Assembly (NCBI RefSeq): GCF_025526975.1
Contig: NW_026515676.1
Location: 248,001 to 312,000, forward strand
Length of the DNA: 64,000 nucleotides
Source: Fimicolochytrium jonesii
Lineage: Eukaryota
Direction: 5' to 3'
In this document: positions 1 to 12,455 of the stretch, one piece after another
Numbering within the stretch: position 1 is the stretch's first letter
Layout: each line of letters begins with the position of its first letter
The notes under the pieces: model-generated
What the model saw: only the letters and a program-made list of their open reading frames with translations
Told to the model about the DNA's origin: nothing
Databases searched by the model: none
Translations under genes and position numbers: made by a program

Positions 1-559
1 CATATTCCATATTCGCGGGGAATCCGCTCATACAGCGCTGGTTTTGCGTAATTATGACCGCCCCTCGCCGCGTATACGCAGACGCAGCCCCGGGGCACTG
101 GAAGAGCACGCAATGGAATGGGAAAGACAGACAAGGGGGGGGGAGGGAGCGGAAAATGCCGCCCGATTTGCGAAAGGTAGGCGGAAAGTGCCGTCGTGAC
201 GTCAATTTCGGCGCAGAGGGAAACACGAAGGGCGAATTCCGACAGCGCGTTCACGCTGATTTGACAGTGTCTGCATTTTTTTCACATTCACCCCCACCCG
301 AAAACGAATCAATCGGAAGGGAAAAGAACACATCACACAGGGGTATACTATATTTCTTTTTCGCCAAAATGAACACGAATAGAATACAATGAAAAAACCG
401 CTCCCTCAACATCGACCGCGTATAACTGTAACTATGAGGGAGTTGGGGCGGGGGATGCTGACACTAGTACCCGGCCTTTTGGAATCTCGGGGGAATCTCG
501 GGCGGGGGGGCTGTCGTTTACTTTCCGTTTCCTTTTTGCTTTCGGGACCGCTTCCGATC

Positions 560-2758
560 TCAATACCGGCGGAAATCAAAGATGCTCTGCAGCTCGCTGA
601 CAGTGAGCCACACCCATTCCTATCACAGACACAAAAGAAAGGGGGGGGGGGCCTCGGTCAGCATCAGCACACCATCGCCACCCCGCCCCCCCCCCCCCCC
701 TCGAAAACCACAAACACGCTCGCACAAAGAAACTCACCTCCTTATTCCGCCTCCACTCCCTCCTCACAACCGCAAAAAACAAACACTCCCCCACAAACCC
801 CACCCACATCCCCACATCCACCCACGACGCCCACCCATGCAGGTCGGGTCTCTCCGTCCTCGCGCCGTCATACCTCCCCTCCGCATCGGCCACCCGCTTC
901 CATTTCGCCGCACTGTCATCCGCCTCCAACCACCACCACGGCGGGACCGCACACACCCTGCTCTCGTAGTTCGCTCCTGCTGGGCCGTGCATCACGACCG
1001 CGTCGATCGCGCGGGTGAGCACCCCCGGCTCGACCATCCAGGGGACGTAGCACGCGCCCGCGGTGAGCAGGAGCAGTTTGGTGGTCCAGGTCGGGTGGTG
1101 CCTGCGGCGACGGCCGGTGGGGGTTGAGGAGGAGGTGCGGCGGGAGGGTGGCGGGGAGGGGGAGGGTGCGGTGCCGGACAGGATGAGGAGGATCAGGAGG
1201 GGGATGGGGAGGTGTTGGAGGAGGGAGAGGGTTGTTGAGAGGTAGAAGAGGAGGGGGGGTGCGGGGGTTGGGTTGGGGAGGTAGAGGGGGGGTGGGAGGG
1301 TGGCCGAGTCGAAGGGGGTTGTTGTGGGTGGGTTGCTGGGGTTGGGGAGAGTCATGGGGCGGGTTACTTTTATGAAGGAAGGAAATTGGAGAAAAGGGAG
1401 TGGATTACATACGTAGCCAACCAGATTCCAAACAGATTCAATCCCCACAACACACACCCCGCAAACGGCCAGCTCGCAAACACCCGGCCCCAGAACCCGT
1501 CCCACATACATCTCCACCACGAGCATGTGCAACACCTCGACCCACCACGCCGCGTATCCTCATCGTCTCCGAAAACACTATCATCGTCACGGGGGATCCC
1601 TTCCAGAAGTGCTTGCTCCTCGCTCGCGTCGATGGACCGGTGGGCGCGGGATCGGTGTGGGGAGGTTTGGGCGCTCGTGCGGCGGCTAGCGGCGGCGGCG
1701 GAAGCGATGTTGGTCGCGCGGAGGGTGGCGGGTGAGGGGGTGTGCTCGTCGTCGGTGGACGGGTCGGGGATGAGAAGGGAGACGGAGGGTGCGCGGGAGG
1801 ATGGAGTGGTGGATGAGCCGTAGGCGGGGTAGGAGACTGGGCGGCGGGGAGGGATTGAGGAGGAGGAGGATCGGGGGTCGGGTGGTGGGTTGTCGGTGGC
1901 TGTATTGTTGTTTACGGGTCCTCTCATCACGACTGTGGGGAGATAGACGTGAGCATCACCGAGTTTCATCTGGGTGCGAGACAAAAGGCTACTTACATGA
2001 AGAACGATGCTGCAACTGATAGTTCAGTGCCAGAGTGAGCAAAAGCGTCGCGAAACTCCTCAGCACTGCCGAACTGAGCAACAGCCATGCATCCATGATC
2101 TGCGGTTCAACAGTCGCCTCCTTCTTTGAGCCCGCTATCGGTTCCACAATGATGGGCGTCGTTGATCTCTGATGTGGCAGATCCAGTGTGTATCGTACAA
2201 AATCTATCAAGAAGCTGGAACGAATTGAGAGGGAGGAGAAAAAAAATGATGAGAGTTAGATGGTTGGTCGCTCTGCTCGCGGCAAGGAGTTTGGGCTGCG
2301 ACGGCGGAGCCCGCTTCGCTCGCAAAAGATCTGACGTTCGGTAAGGCTCACTAAGAGATGCGGTGAGGGGGGCATTGCGCCTTTAGAGCAATGTTGCTCG
2401 CTCCGCTCGCGCTTCGCTGTCGCCCCCCGCTCGACGCAAATCCATCAGCCTCCGCCTACACTCCCTCCCATCCCCCTCTCGCCACTCACCTCACCCCCAA
2501 AACCGCAAACCACGCACTCCACCATCCATTCCTAACACTAGCGTCCCCAATCCGCCGATTGAACACCCTGGCGCCATCATACCTCCCCTTCACGACCCCC
2601 GCAAACACCACGCTCGTTAGTCCGATGATCAGAAACGTGAGCGAGACGTTCGGATTGTGCAGTTTGGGGCCGGGGGAGGAGGGGGGCGGGAGGGAGGAGG
2701 AGGGGTACGGGCAGGTGGGGAGCGGGTGCCCGGAGAGGATGTCGTAGGGGAGGGGCAT
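560..2758 (-). CDS. Orphan multi-pass membrane protein, about 7 TM, GPCR-like topology (5 inferred exons)
   Basis: Exons 2758-2490, 2215-1997, 1932-1413, 1335-738 and 586-560 join in frame across GT..AG introns (donors GTGAGT, GTAAGT, GTATGT, GTGAGT). This gives about seven hydrophobic segments (VSLTFLIIGLTSVVFAGVV, WWSAWFAVLGVSFLIDFV, AWLLLSSAVLRSFATLLLTLAL, FAGCVLWGLNLFGIWLA, LLFYLSTTLSLLQHLPIPLLILLIL, LLLLTAGACYVPWMV, VGMWVGFVGECLFFAVV) and ends SIFDFRRY*. Confidence 0.6.
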
Positions 2759-3173
2759 TCTTGGCCGTATCTCTGAGAACGGGCGCTGCAGCTGAAGCGA
2801 GGGAGGGTGGGTGCTGTTGGTTGTTATGAGGGACGGTGGTTGGAGGGAGTCTGTGGGTTGCGTTGGTGCTGCTGTCCAGGTATACAGTAATAGTTGGGTG
2901 TGTTTTGCGAGCGAGCGAGAGCCCCCGTGGAGAAGCGCCTTCCGAGTCCCGCCCGACACGCCAACGTCACCCTCAACGCCCTCCACGACGCGTCAGATGC
3001 CCCCTTTCTCTCTCGCTTCCCCCCTTCTCGCTTCCTGACGGAGAGCTGTGTCCATGCAAGCAATGTCTTTTTTTTATGAGTTATCCAACCCCATCTCTAT
3101 GATATCCCGCCACCCCGCTGTCTAAAACGCAATAGATACTCCAACTACCTAGTCCCCCCCCCCCACACATCTT

Positions 3174-4651
3174 CTACCCACTAGCAACCGCCACCGTCTT
3201 CTCCTCCTCCCTACTCTCTATCCTATTCTGCACAGTGAAAGACCCTTGCAAATGCGTCCTAACCACTCCAGCAAGAAGGATGAGCGAGAAGGGCACATCC
3301 GGGTTCCCGCTCGTGCTCAACTCGATCCATTTCTTGAGGTCTGCGCGCATTTGGGATTCGGAGATTCCTACCGATGGTCTATGATGAATGGGGGGGCGAG
3401 AGTACGTTAACTGTTGTTGTTCCCGAAACGTAAGACGTAGCACCCAGGTGATAAACTTACAACCCCCGCGCATCAACAGCCGCCTTCACCTCCTCCACAC
3501 TTAGATCCTCAAACCCTTCCTGCAGCAACAACTGATCGTCCCTGCGGATATACTCCTCATGTTGGCGGAGGACGCGTCTCAAATACGGAGCCGGGCCGAA
3601 GCGCCAGATGCCGAGGTATTTGTTAAAGTCGCGCAGTTGGGAGCCTTTTAGGTGGGTGATGTGGAAGTATTGCGGTTGCGTGTTGGCGAGTTGGAGGAGG
3701 AAGGCGTCGGTTGTCAGGGATGAAGGGGAGACCTGTGGGGAGAGGACGGGGGGCATGTGGGTTTGTCAAGATGTCTCATGCAAGGGGCTCTCGAGTACGA
3801 AACATACGTTCTGTCCACCGACGGATTCACCATCGTTGATCTTCTCAACCACAGTAAACCCCAGCTCCTGCCGAATGGACTGCAACCGTTTCGTCTTTGC
3901 TTCCTACAAAAATTCCAAAATCTTGTCAGTCAAGAAGTAATCCACACAACCATCTCACATTTTTCCTCCATTCTCTTACCACTTGCTCAGGAGTAAGGCA
4001 CGGGCTAGGAACGATCCCACGAAGCAGCAAAAACGGAATGGCTTCTCCGAGAAACACGCAGCAGAACACAAAAGGAATCGCTTTCCAGAAATCACGCTCG
4101 TTCTTCTTAATCTGTAAAACGGTCAGATACTCCACTATGAGACACTTCATTCCACCAACCGTGGGGTAACATGTAGATAGACGCACCAAGAAATACTCCT
4201 TCCTAGTCCACTCATACCCCTCCACCGTATTCCTCCTCTTCAACTCCTTGCACTCCTTCGTCTCCGCCATGAAGATCTTCCCGCCCGCGATGATCTGCTT
4301 CATCATCGCTTTGGACTTTTCAAAGAACTCTTTTGCTTTCTCGCCCAGGCCCGGTGTTGCCACTGCAGAGTCGGAGCTGGGCTTTTGGACGACTTGCGTC
4401 CGCTTGACGGTGGTGGAGGGGCGTTGGGTGGCGGAGTTGGGGGTTGAGGTTATGGAGCGGTATGGTCTGGAAGAAGGACGGGAGTTGAGTTGCAGTTGCA
4501 GTTGTCAGGGTCATATTCGATCCTCCGCCCGTCGGCTGGAATGGGCACAAACATACCGAGCTAACGCATACGAGGTTGGTAATCCGGTGAAAGGTCGAGA
4601 GGCGCCGAGTCCCAAGAGAGAGCGCTGCGGGGCGAATGCCAGCCTGCCCAT
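3174..4651 (-). CDS. LETM1/Mdm38-family mitochondrial inner-membrane protein (LETMD1-like), spliced
   Basis: Arg/Ser-rich presequence (MGRLAFAPQRSLLGLGASR). LETM1-like blocks RDFWKAIPFVF..LGEAIPFLL..IVPSPC and LRRVLRQHEEYIRRDDQLLLQEGFEDLSVEEVKAAVDARG, ending LKKWIELST..VPFSLILL. Confidence 0.8.
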
Positions 4652-4970
4652 GGCTATGTGTTGCTTGCCAACTCTTATTACCGTTGTTGCAGTCATTGTG
4701 GGCTGGGAGTTGCGGAAGCTGCGGGAGTTTGGACTGTTGAGAAGAAGCGCTCCGTTCTGCTCCTTCGAAGCCGGCTTTCAACAGTACTGTCACTTTCCCT
4801 CGCATCCAACAAAACAGCCTCTCCACAGCTTGCCAAGAAGCACCTACATGTTCCTACTCCCAATCCAGGTGATTGTCCCGAATCTACATACATAAACATA
4901 CCCTCCCGTCGCTCTCACGCCTCTCGAACCAAAAAGCGATAAGAACCTCCGCTAGGGCTCATCAAACCCA

Positions 4971-5738
4971 ATGCGCGCCCGCGACGTCCTCCTCAACATC
5001 CTATGGTTCCTCCTCGGCGGCGAAGTGCTCTTCCTGCTCTGTACGTAAACCGCCACCCGCAACCTTCATCTCCAACCTGTTTCGTTCCCCATCCGAAGAA
5101 CCGTTGGAGTCAAATGTGATTTTGGGATATGCATCGCGGAGACTGACGCTCCCACTCTGTCCATTTTGGTTCTGTGTAGACTGTATCGGCGGGCTGTTGA
5201 TGATGATCACAAGTACGGGGCCCCCCCTCCCCACCCCCTTGCCCGCCTCCCGTCCCACCCACCCACTCACTCCCCGTTTTTTTGTTTCTTGCCTTTTTGA
5301 AGTCGTCGGCATCCCCTTCGGCATCGAAGCCATCAAACTCGGCTCGCTCTCCCTCCTCCCCTTTGGCGCCGCCGTCGGCAACCTCCCCGGCATCCACGGC
5401 CTGCGGTTCGTGTTCAATGTGGTGTGGTTTTTGGTTATTGGTGAGTTTGATCGGGATGATTGGGGCGGGGGGAGGAGGGGGAGGGTGTTGATGGATGGGA
5501 TTGGATTGATGGATGGTTTGCAGGATGGATTATTGCACTGTTTCATTTTCTGCTGTCGTTGATTTTCGCGGTGACTATTATTGGTACGTTCTCCACCACA
5601 TCAACCGTTTGTATCTGCGAACTCTCCTCATCCAACTCCCGTCTGATGCGCAACCCAACAGGCCTCCCATTCGCCTACGAGCACTGGAAGCTCGGATTCG
5701 TCGGGGCGTTCCCTTTCGGCAAAATCATCGTGCACTAA
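4971..5738 (+). CDS. Standalone YccF-family (inner membrane component) protein, spliced
   Basis: Two YccF-type repeats: LLNILWFLLGG..VVGIPFGIEAIKLGSLSLLPFG and VFNVVWFLVI GWIIALFHFLLSLIFAVTIIG LPFAYEHWKLGFVGAFPFGK. Three GT-AG introns. Confidence 0.85.
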
Positions 5739-5989
5739 AAGCCCCACCTCAATCCCACACGACACAAGTTTCATAACAAACATCCCCTCAAATTACATAC
5801 ATATCCCCAAGTCGTCATTTACGCAGTTTTTCTCTCGAAAACTGTCAACTGTACATAATCATAATCTCCCACGGCCCGCCAATCCATGTAACCAACCCCC
5901 ACTACCGTTTTTCTTTACAAATAGTTTATACGGCGACAGACACCGGGGAAGACAGCGTGTCAGTCCAGTTTTGTAGAAAGAGCTTGGGC

Positions 5990-8377
5990 TTAGTGACCGT
6001 GTGGGTCCTGCTCCTGCTGCTCGGGTTCTATCTTGATCATATCGCTGTGGAAAGGTGGAGGGTGAGCATACGGTCCTTTTTATCAACCTGCCGACAGTGA
6101 AAGACTGGGAAGCTTACTCTATCCTCAACAACGCGATAGCAGCCTCCGTGGCGGCCTTGAGCGACTTGAGTTTGGACATGGCGGGCTCGAGGACTCCTGC
6201 CTTGAGGTTATCCCTCGGAACACCCTTGATCAAGTCGAGGCCGTACCTATAAACAGACAGGAGAGTGTTAGCTGAGATGCGCATTCGCGTCTTTGTACAC
6301 GGAATGATGCACATACCACTTCAGAGCCTGCTTCGACTTGTCCCCGCCGGCATTCTGCGCGGCGTTGTGGTACGCGCGGAGCTTGGCGACCAAGTCAGTG
6401 GCATCCTTCGCGGCATTGACGGCCAATGTCTTGGGGATGATCAGCAAGGCGTTGGCGTATTCCGCAATGGCGAGTTGCTCACGAGATCCCTACAATGTGA
6501 AAGGTTGCAAGATCAACACAATGGTTCCACTGGACACACACGAAACTAGAAATGTAGCCATCCACACGATACTCACCAGGGTAGTGGCAAAGTTCTCCAA
6601 GTAGATAGAGAGGGCACTCTCGACAGCACCGCCACCAGGAACGACGGCGTTGCTCTCCAGCGTACGCTTGACGGCACACAGGCAATCGTGGACAGATCGC
6701 TCCATCTCGTCCAGCATGTAGTCGTTGGCTCCACGCAGGATGATGGAGGCAGAGGAGTGGACCTTGGTGCCCTTGACCAAAATGCACTCGTCGTCAGAGA
6801 TGCGCTCTTGGACGACTTCTTCGGCGTTTCCAAGGTATGCCGCGTCAAACGTCTCTTCTCCCTCCAAATTTGCCAGTGTTGCGACCAAGGTAGCTATAAA
6901 GTGCCAAACAGATCAGCCCATCGCGACGCATCTGTCTATATTCATCCAAGAAAAGATTATGAGACGTACCTCCCGTAGCCTTGGCGATCCGCTTCAAGTC
7001 CTCCTTCTTGACACGACGCACAGCCATAGCGCCAGCCTCCACGAAAAGCTTCAGGCACAAGTCATCGATACCCTTGGTGGTAAGAATAACGTTGGCTCCC
7101 GTCGCCAGAATCTTCTGGATACGCTCCGTTGTGATCTCAATCTCCCTCCTTCGGATAGCCTCAAGCTTGTCGGGGTCGTCGATAACGATATTGACACCAA
7201 GGTGCATACGCGCCTTTTGCAGGTTCATGTCGAGACATGCGATCTTTGCTCCGACGACCTTTGTCTTGATAGCTGTTGACAAGGGCTTAGATACGAGCAA
7301 CATCTTAGACAGAAGAACATGGCACAGGTACCTTGCGACGCAACAGTGCAGTTGAGCGCGTAACCCTTAATCAGCAGCGACTCCTTGCCAGACTTTCCGT
7401 GCGCCTTCAAGATGTTCACAGCCTTGACGGGATACTTGGCTTCTCCCTTGTAGTTCACAGTCTTGACGGCCGTGATAGCATCCACAACAAGATCCGCGAA
7501 AAACTCGTCCTCACTGGGAAATCAAAGCGACGGTCAGCACATCACCCACATGGGAGACTTTGAAACACTGCACCCTCTGAACTCACGATCCGATGATCTT
7601 CGAGGACATGGTAGTCTTCGCGACATTTATCAGACATTCACGGCCCAAAGCATCCACCTTCACCGTCATCTGATCCACAATGAACTTGACAGCCTCCTTG
7701 CTCGCGAGCCTGTATCCAGAGATGATGGTCGTGGGGTGGATCTTGTTCTTTACCAGGTCGTTTGCGCGTTTCAAGAGCTCCGAGGCAATGATGACGACAG
7801 ACGTTGTGCCGTCTCCGACCTCTTTGTCCTGTTGTTGAGCCAGCTCTACCAGGACGCGAGCGGCGGGGTGCTCGACTTCCAGGAGCTTCAGGATGGTCGC
7901 TCCGTCGTTGGAGATCGTCACGTCCTGTGATGGAACAGTGAGCTCGCTGTACACCGGCAGGCAGTGCATAGATCGTGGAAGAGACTCACTCCGATGTCAT
8001 CCACGAGCATCTTGTCCAAGCCGACGGGACCTAATGAACTTTTCACCACGTTGGCGACAGTAAGCGCAGCCAAGACTAATACGAGTTTGGGAAGAAAACT
8101 GATAGTCAAACGTCTTTTCCTAGACAACCCGTCCTGAAGACAAAGAGTCTTACCATTTTGTGCCCTGACTTCAGCACCCGAGGTTCTTGTACCTGCGCAG
8201 ATCACAAACGGGGCAGTGAAAGGCAACGTTAGTGATCCAATTCGCAGTCCATAAGACGCAGTCCATAAGACATAAAACCCGGACTCCAGCGCGTATGCCT
8301 CCTCGTTCCCCAACCGAGCAATAAGGGGAGGTATGCATACCTCCGATAGGCAGCGGGTTTCCCTGTCTGGACGCCAT
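5990..8377 (-). CDS. CCT1: T-complex protein 1 subunit alpha (CCT/TRiC chaperonin), multi-exon
   Basis: [114 protein letters not shown]. Confidence 0.97.
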
Positions 8378-8893
8378 TGTGATCTAAGGGTATGTGTGGG
8401 TTGAGATCGTCGCGAGTTGATATTTCCCAGCGGTTGGTTTTTCCTGATCGACGGGTGTAATGCCGTGCTTTGAGGAGAGAGTTGACGGCAGATATAGACG
8501 CTGGTATACGCTCTACTTTGCAGTCAAATGGACGTTGGGAATATAATAGATGTTTCGTGGTCGGGTAGGAGCAATGGGTATTGCAGCAGCTCGGACTTGG
8601 AAAGTTGCGCTGGTTGGAAGGGTCCGGATGCGAACGGTCACGTGATTTTATTATGTGTGAGTTCTTTTCAGGCACGGAACTAGCAGACGGAATCCTCCAA
8701 GCCGAGATCCAACACCGTATACATGATGTATCAAGTTTCTGTATTCTGAGCTCCACCATCGTTCGAATTAGCCTAAGCAAATGTGGCATAAAGTTACATT
8801 GCTTCTACGTCGGAGTGGGTGTGTGATGTAGACGACTGTCGGATGCTATCCACAGGCCCGTCTCTTCTCCCTTGTTCTTCAACCGAAACCAGA

Positions 8894-9603
8894 TCATATA
8901 TCCTCATCCTCCTCATCATTCTCCGACTCGTCTCCAAAAAGATCGTCAGCGGGCTTTCGCGATGCCTGAGGGTGTATCGATCTAGCAGGAGGCACATCCA
9001 GATCCTCGTCCTCCTCGTCTTCATCCTCATCGTCATACCGACTACGTGACGACTTCTTCGTCTGTCTCGGCGCATCGTCTTCATCATCATCCTCATCATC
9101 AACTACAAAATCATCCCGATTTGCCCTAGGCGGAGCCCGTTCCTCCTCATCATCATCCTCCCTCCCAAACTCATCCACATCATCCTCCCCAACTCCATCC
9201 TCATCACCGCCCGCGCCAGGTGAATCATTCCGTCTCGCACTTGCTGTTGAAGCACGGCGCTCGTCTTCGACTTTCTGCGCATCTTCGGCGGAATCGATCC
9301 ATTGGGAGTAGACGTCGACGGGCTCGGCTAGAGCGTGGATTTTGGATTGGTAGGAGACGCCGCAGGCCCGGCAGGCGAGATTGCCGATTTTGTTGGCTTG
9401 GTCTCTGTATATGATCATTCATTATGGTAGGGATGGTTTTGCGTGAGGAAGAACCTTCCATCGGATGACGTGCGCACAGGGTATGAAACCTACAGTTTAA
9501 CGGTAACGGTATCCTCATGACTGCAATATAAGCACGCAAACTTCTGGTCCAGCGTTTGCTTCGTCCTCTTCATAGGCTTCCTTGCCGACTTTCTCTTTCC
9601 CAT
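8894..9603 (-). CDS. ELF1: Transcription elongation factor Elf1 with long acidic C-terminal tail
   Basis: MGKRKSARKP start at 9603, zinc ribbon (..C..CSHED; LACRACGVSYQ) and LAEPVDVYSQWID, followed by about 120 aa rich in D/E. Confidence 0.9.
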
Positions 9604-10022
9604 GGCGTCGAAGAGGTGTTGTTGATGTTGAAAGTGGGTGAGGCTGGGAGGAGTAAGCTGTAGTTAGAATTGCTTTGCGAAAGACGGTTCAGAGATCAGG
9701 AGATCGTGGTCGGCAACCCAGCTCTGTGCGTGCGTAAAACTTACCTCGATGATATCTGAGAAGCGTCCAAAGGGGGTGACTGCTGTGACCTGAATCCGAA
9801 CGGGAAAGCAAAGGATTGCAAGCGCTGGAAACTCCAAAGTTGACGCGGATGACAGTGAGAACCAAGTGAGAACCGACTTCCACTCAACTTCCACTTATTC
9901 GCCATAACTGAAACCTGGATCCTCGCAATCGTGCTCAAACAGTTGACCCACCACACCCGCCTTCCCACACGCAGATCACTCCATCCACTCCTCCCACTCT
10001 CCCTCCCTTCCCTATCGCAAAA

Positions 10023-10837
<815 letters not shown>

Positions 10838-11039
10838 TAGTTTTTCCCGGGCTCGTTCTGGCGAGCACTTTCGCTCGCTCGCAGATACCTACACCCCTCC
10901 TTTACCTTTTGATCATGAGTGTATATGATTTACTTACCTCTGCGTCATGACAAATATACCTTTCCTCTGTGCCGGTCCACACTGTTTGTGACATGCTGTG
11001 CGGCCCGCAGGTGGATGTTTGGGAGGCATGCTTCTTTTT

Positions 11040-11229
11040 CATTTCAATGTATCAAGATAGCACTTCGCACGTGACGAAACCTTTAGGGAAGCGCATGGGT
11101 ATGAAGGTGCTTATGGAAATGGAATGCGGAGAGGTACAAGTTGCCATCATCGGCGACGCCTCAGGCAGAGGTACAATGATGTGGATGGCAGATAACCACC
11201 ACGGAAAATGGGATGGGGTGAAATCTAGA
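11040..11229 (-). ncRNA. Candidate Fanzor omegaRNA scaffold region
   Basis: Lies directly 3' of the Fanzor stop codon. Contains inverted repeats TGCCATC/GATGGCA (11142-11148, 11184-11190) and AGCAC(C)TTC/GAAGTGCT (11059-11111), and the near-palindrome TTCGCACGTGACGAA (11064-11078). Supported by position and structure only. Confidence 0.35.
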
Positions 11230-12078
11230 CTACCGGTTACGGGAGAATGCGTCGGGTCTGCGGCCATCAATGCCAAACACCACCGAACGCACAATCAAGA
11301 GGAAATTCTTGGTGCTTAGGACGTCCCGATTGTGCACTTTCATCCGTAGTGGTTGTCTCCCAGGAATCTCAAATGGCGTCCAGTCTTGGTTGATACATTC
11401 GGGGTTGGAGCAACCCACCAATCCGTGGACGAATTCCATTCTTCCCTTTCTAGCTTGCCACGGCCGAGGTGACAGCTGGCGTCGGATGTTTTTCTTCACA
11501 CGCCCGTGGCAGTGTGGGCACACGGACGACGTTCGATACTCATCCAGCAAGTAGCATGGAATGCCGTTTCTCGCAAAGAGCGTGCGGAATCTGTTCCATG
11601 ATGAGTTAGCATATTATAGTACATAAAAAACAATGATGGTCACTCACCCCTTGGTCTTCGATGACTCCTGAAAGCGCATCGTTTTCCCAGCATCGCTCCA
11701 ATCACCCAAGATGACCGAAAAATGCTTTCCATACCGGCGTCGCATGTTCTTGATGAGCTTGCTCTCAGACTTTTGCCGCAGTGAGAACGCCTTGAATCTG
11801 CGAGCTACGTGAATCTCATCCTGGTAAAACTCGTCCATGGCGGGATCTGGGATATGGATGTCAGCCCATGTATTATGGAATTTGAAGACAATGCATAATA
11901 CATCATACCTGCATGTAAGTGATCCACAATGAACGCTGAGAACGCCTCGATGTTCATGCTCTTGTGCGATGGAATATGTGATTCCATCTCAGCAATGCCG
12001 GCATTGATCTTTCGCTCTCTCATGTCTCTTTGAAAGTACCGAGACTTTGTCTCGACCGCCCGTTGATTGGATGTGTAT
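11230..12078 (-). mobile_element. Fanzor1 (eukaryotic TnpB-related OMEGA nuclease) C-terminal region with two introns; RuvC-I and REC/WED absent
   Basis: Introns 11908-11847 (GTATGA..GCTGAC..CAG) and 11647-11591 (GTGAGT..GCTAAC..CAG) give a continuous frame: RYTSNQRAVETKSR..RQKSESKLIKNMRRRYG..VILGDWS..FQESSKTKGFRTLFARNGIPCYLLDEYRTSSVCPHC..PRPW..VHGLVGCSNPEC..HNRDVLSTKNFLLIV..RPDAFSR. These are the typical fungal Fanzor1 motifs. Confidence 0.92.
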
Positions 12079-12130
12079 CTGGTATGGGGTGGTGCATTGT
12101 GAGGACGCTGCAACGGAATGTTGCCGCAAT

Positions 12131-12455
12131 GGGGATGGTGGGCGGAGACGGGGGGCTGGCGGGCGGAGACTGGGGGCTGGCGGGCGGAGACGGGGGGCTC
12201 GCGGGCGGAGACGGGGGGCTGGCGGGCGGAGACAGGGGGCTGGCGGGCGGAGACGGGGGGCTGGGCGGTGGAGACGGGGGGCTGGCGGGCGGAGACGGGG
12301 GGCTGGGGGGCGGAGACGGGGGGCTGGCGGGCGGAGACGGGGGGCTGGGGGGCGGAGACGGGGAGCGGCGGCAGAGACGGGGGGCTGGGCGGTGGAGACG
12401 GGGGTTGGGATGGTGGAGACGGGGGGATGGTGGGCGGAGACGGGGGGCTGGCGGG
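12131..12455 (-). repeat. 21-bp minisatellite, 15 units, encoding (PPVSARQ)n
   Basis: GAGAC core recurs at 12145, 12166 and every 21 bp to 12355, then at 12374 (19-bp unit), 12395, 12416 and 12437. Confidence 0.95.

Noticed and set aside
10840..10882. Helitron 3' end from the GCGAGC..GCTCGC hairpin
   Set aside because: No properly spaced CTRR-T terminus or matching 5' TC end was found. It may just be RBX1 3' UTR structure.
11230..12078. Active full-length Fanzor nuclease or bacterial TnpB contamination
   Set aside because: The RuvC-I aspartate and N-terminal lobes are missing, and spliceosomal introns plus host flanking genes show it is eukaryotic.
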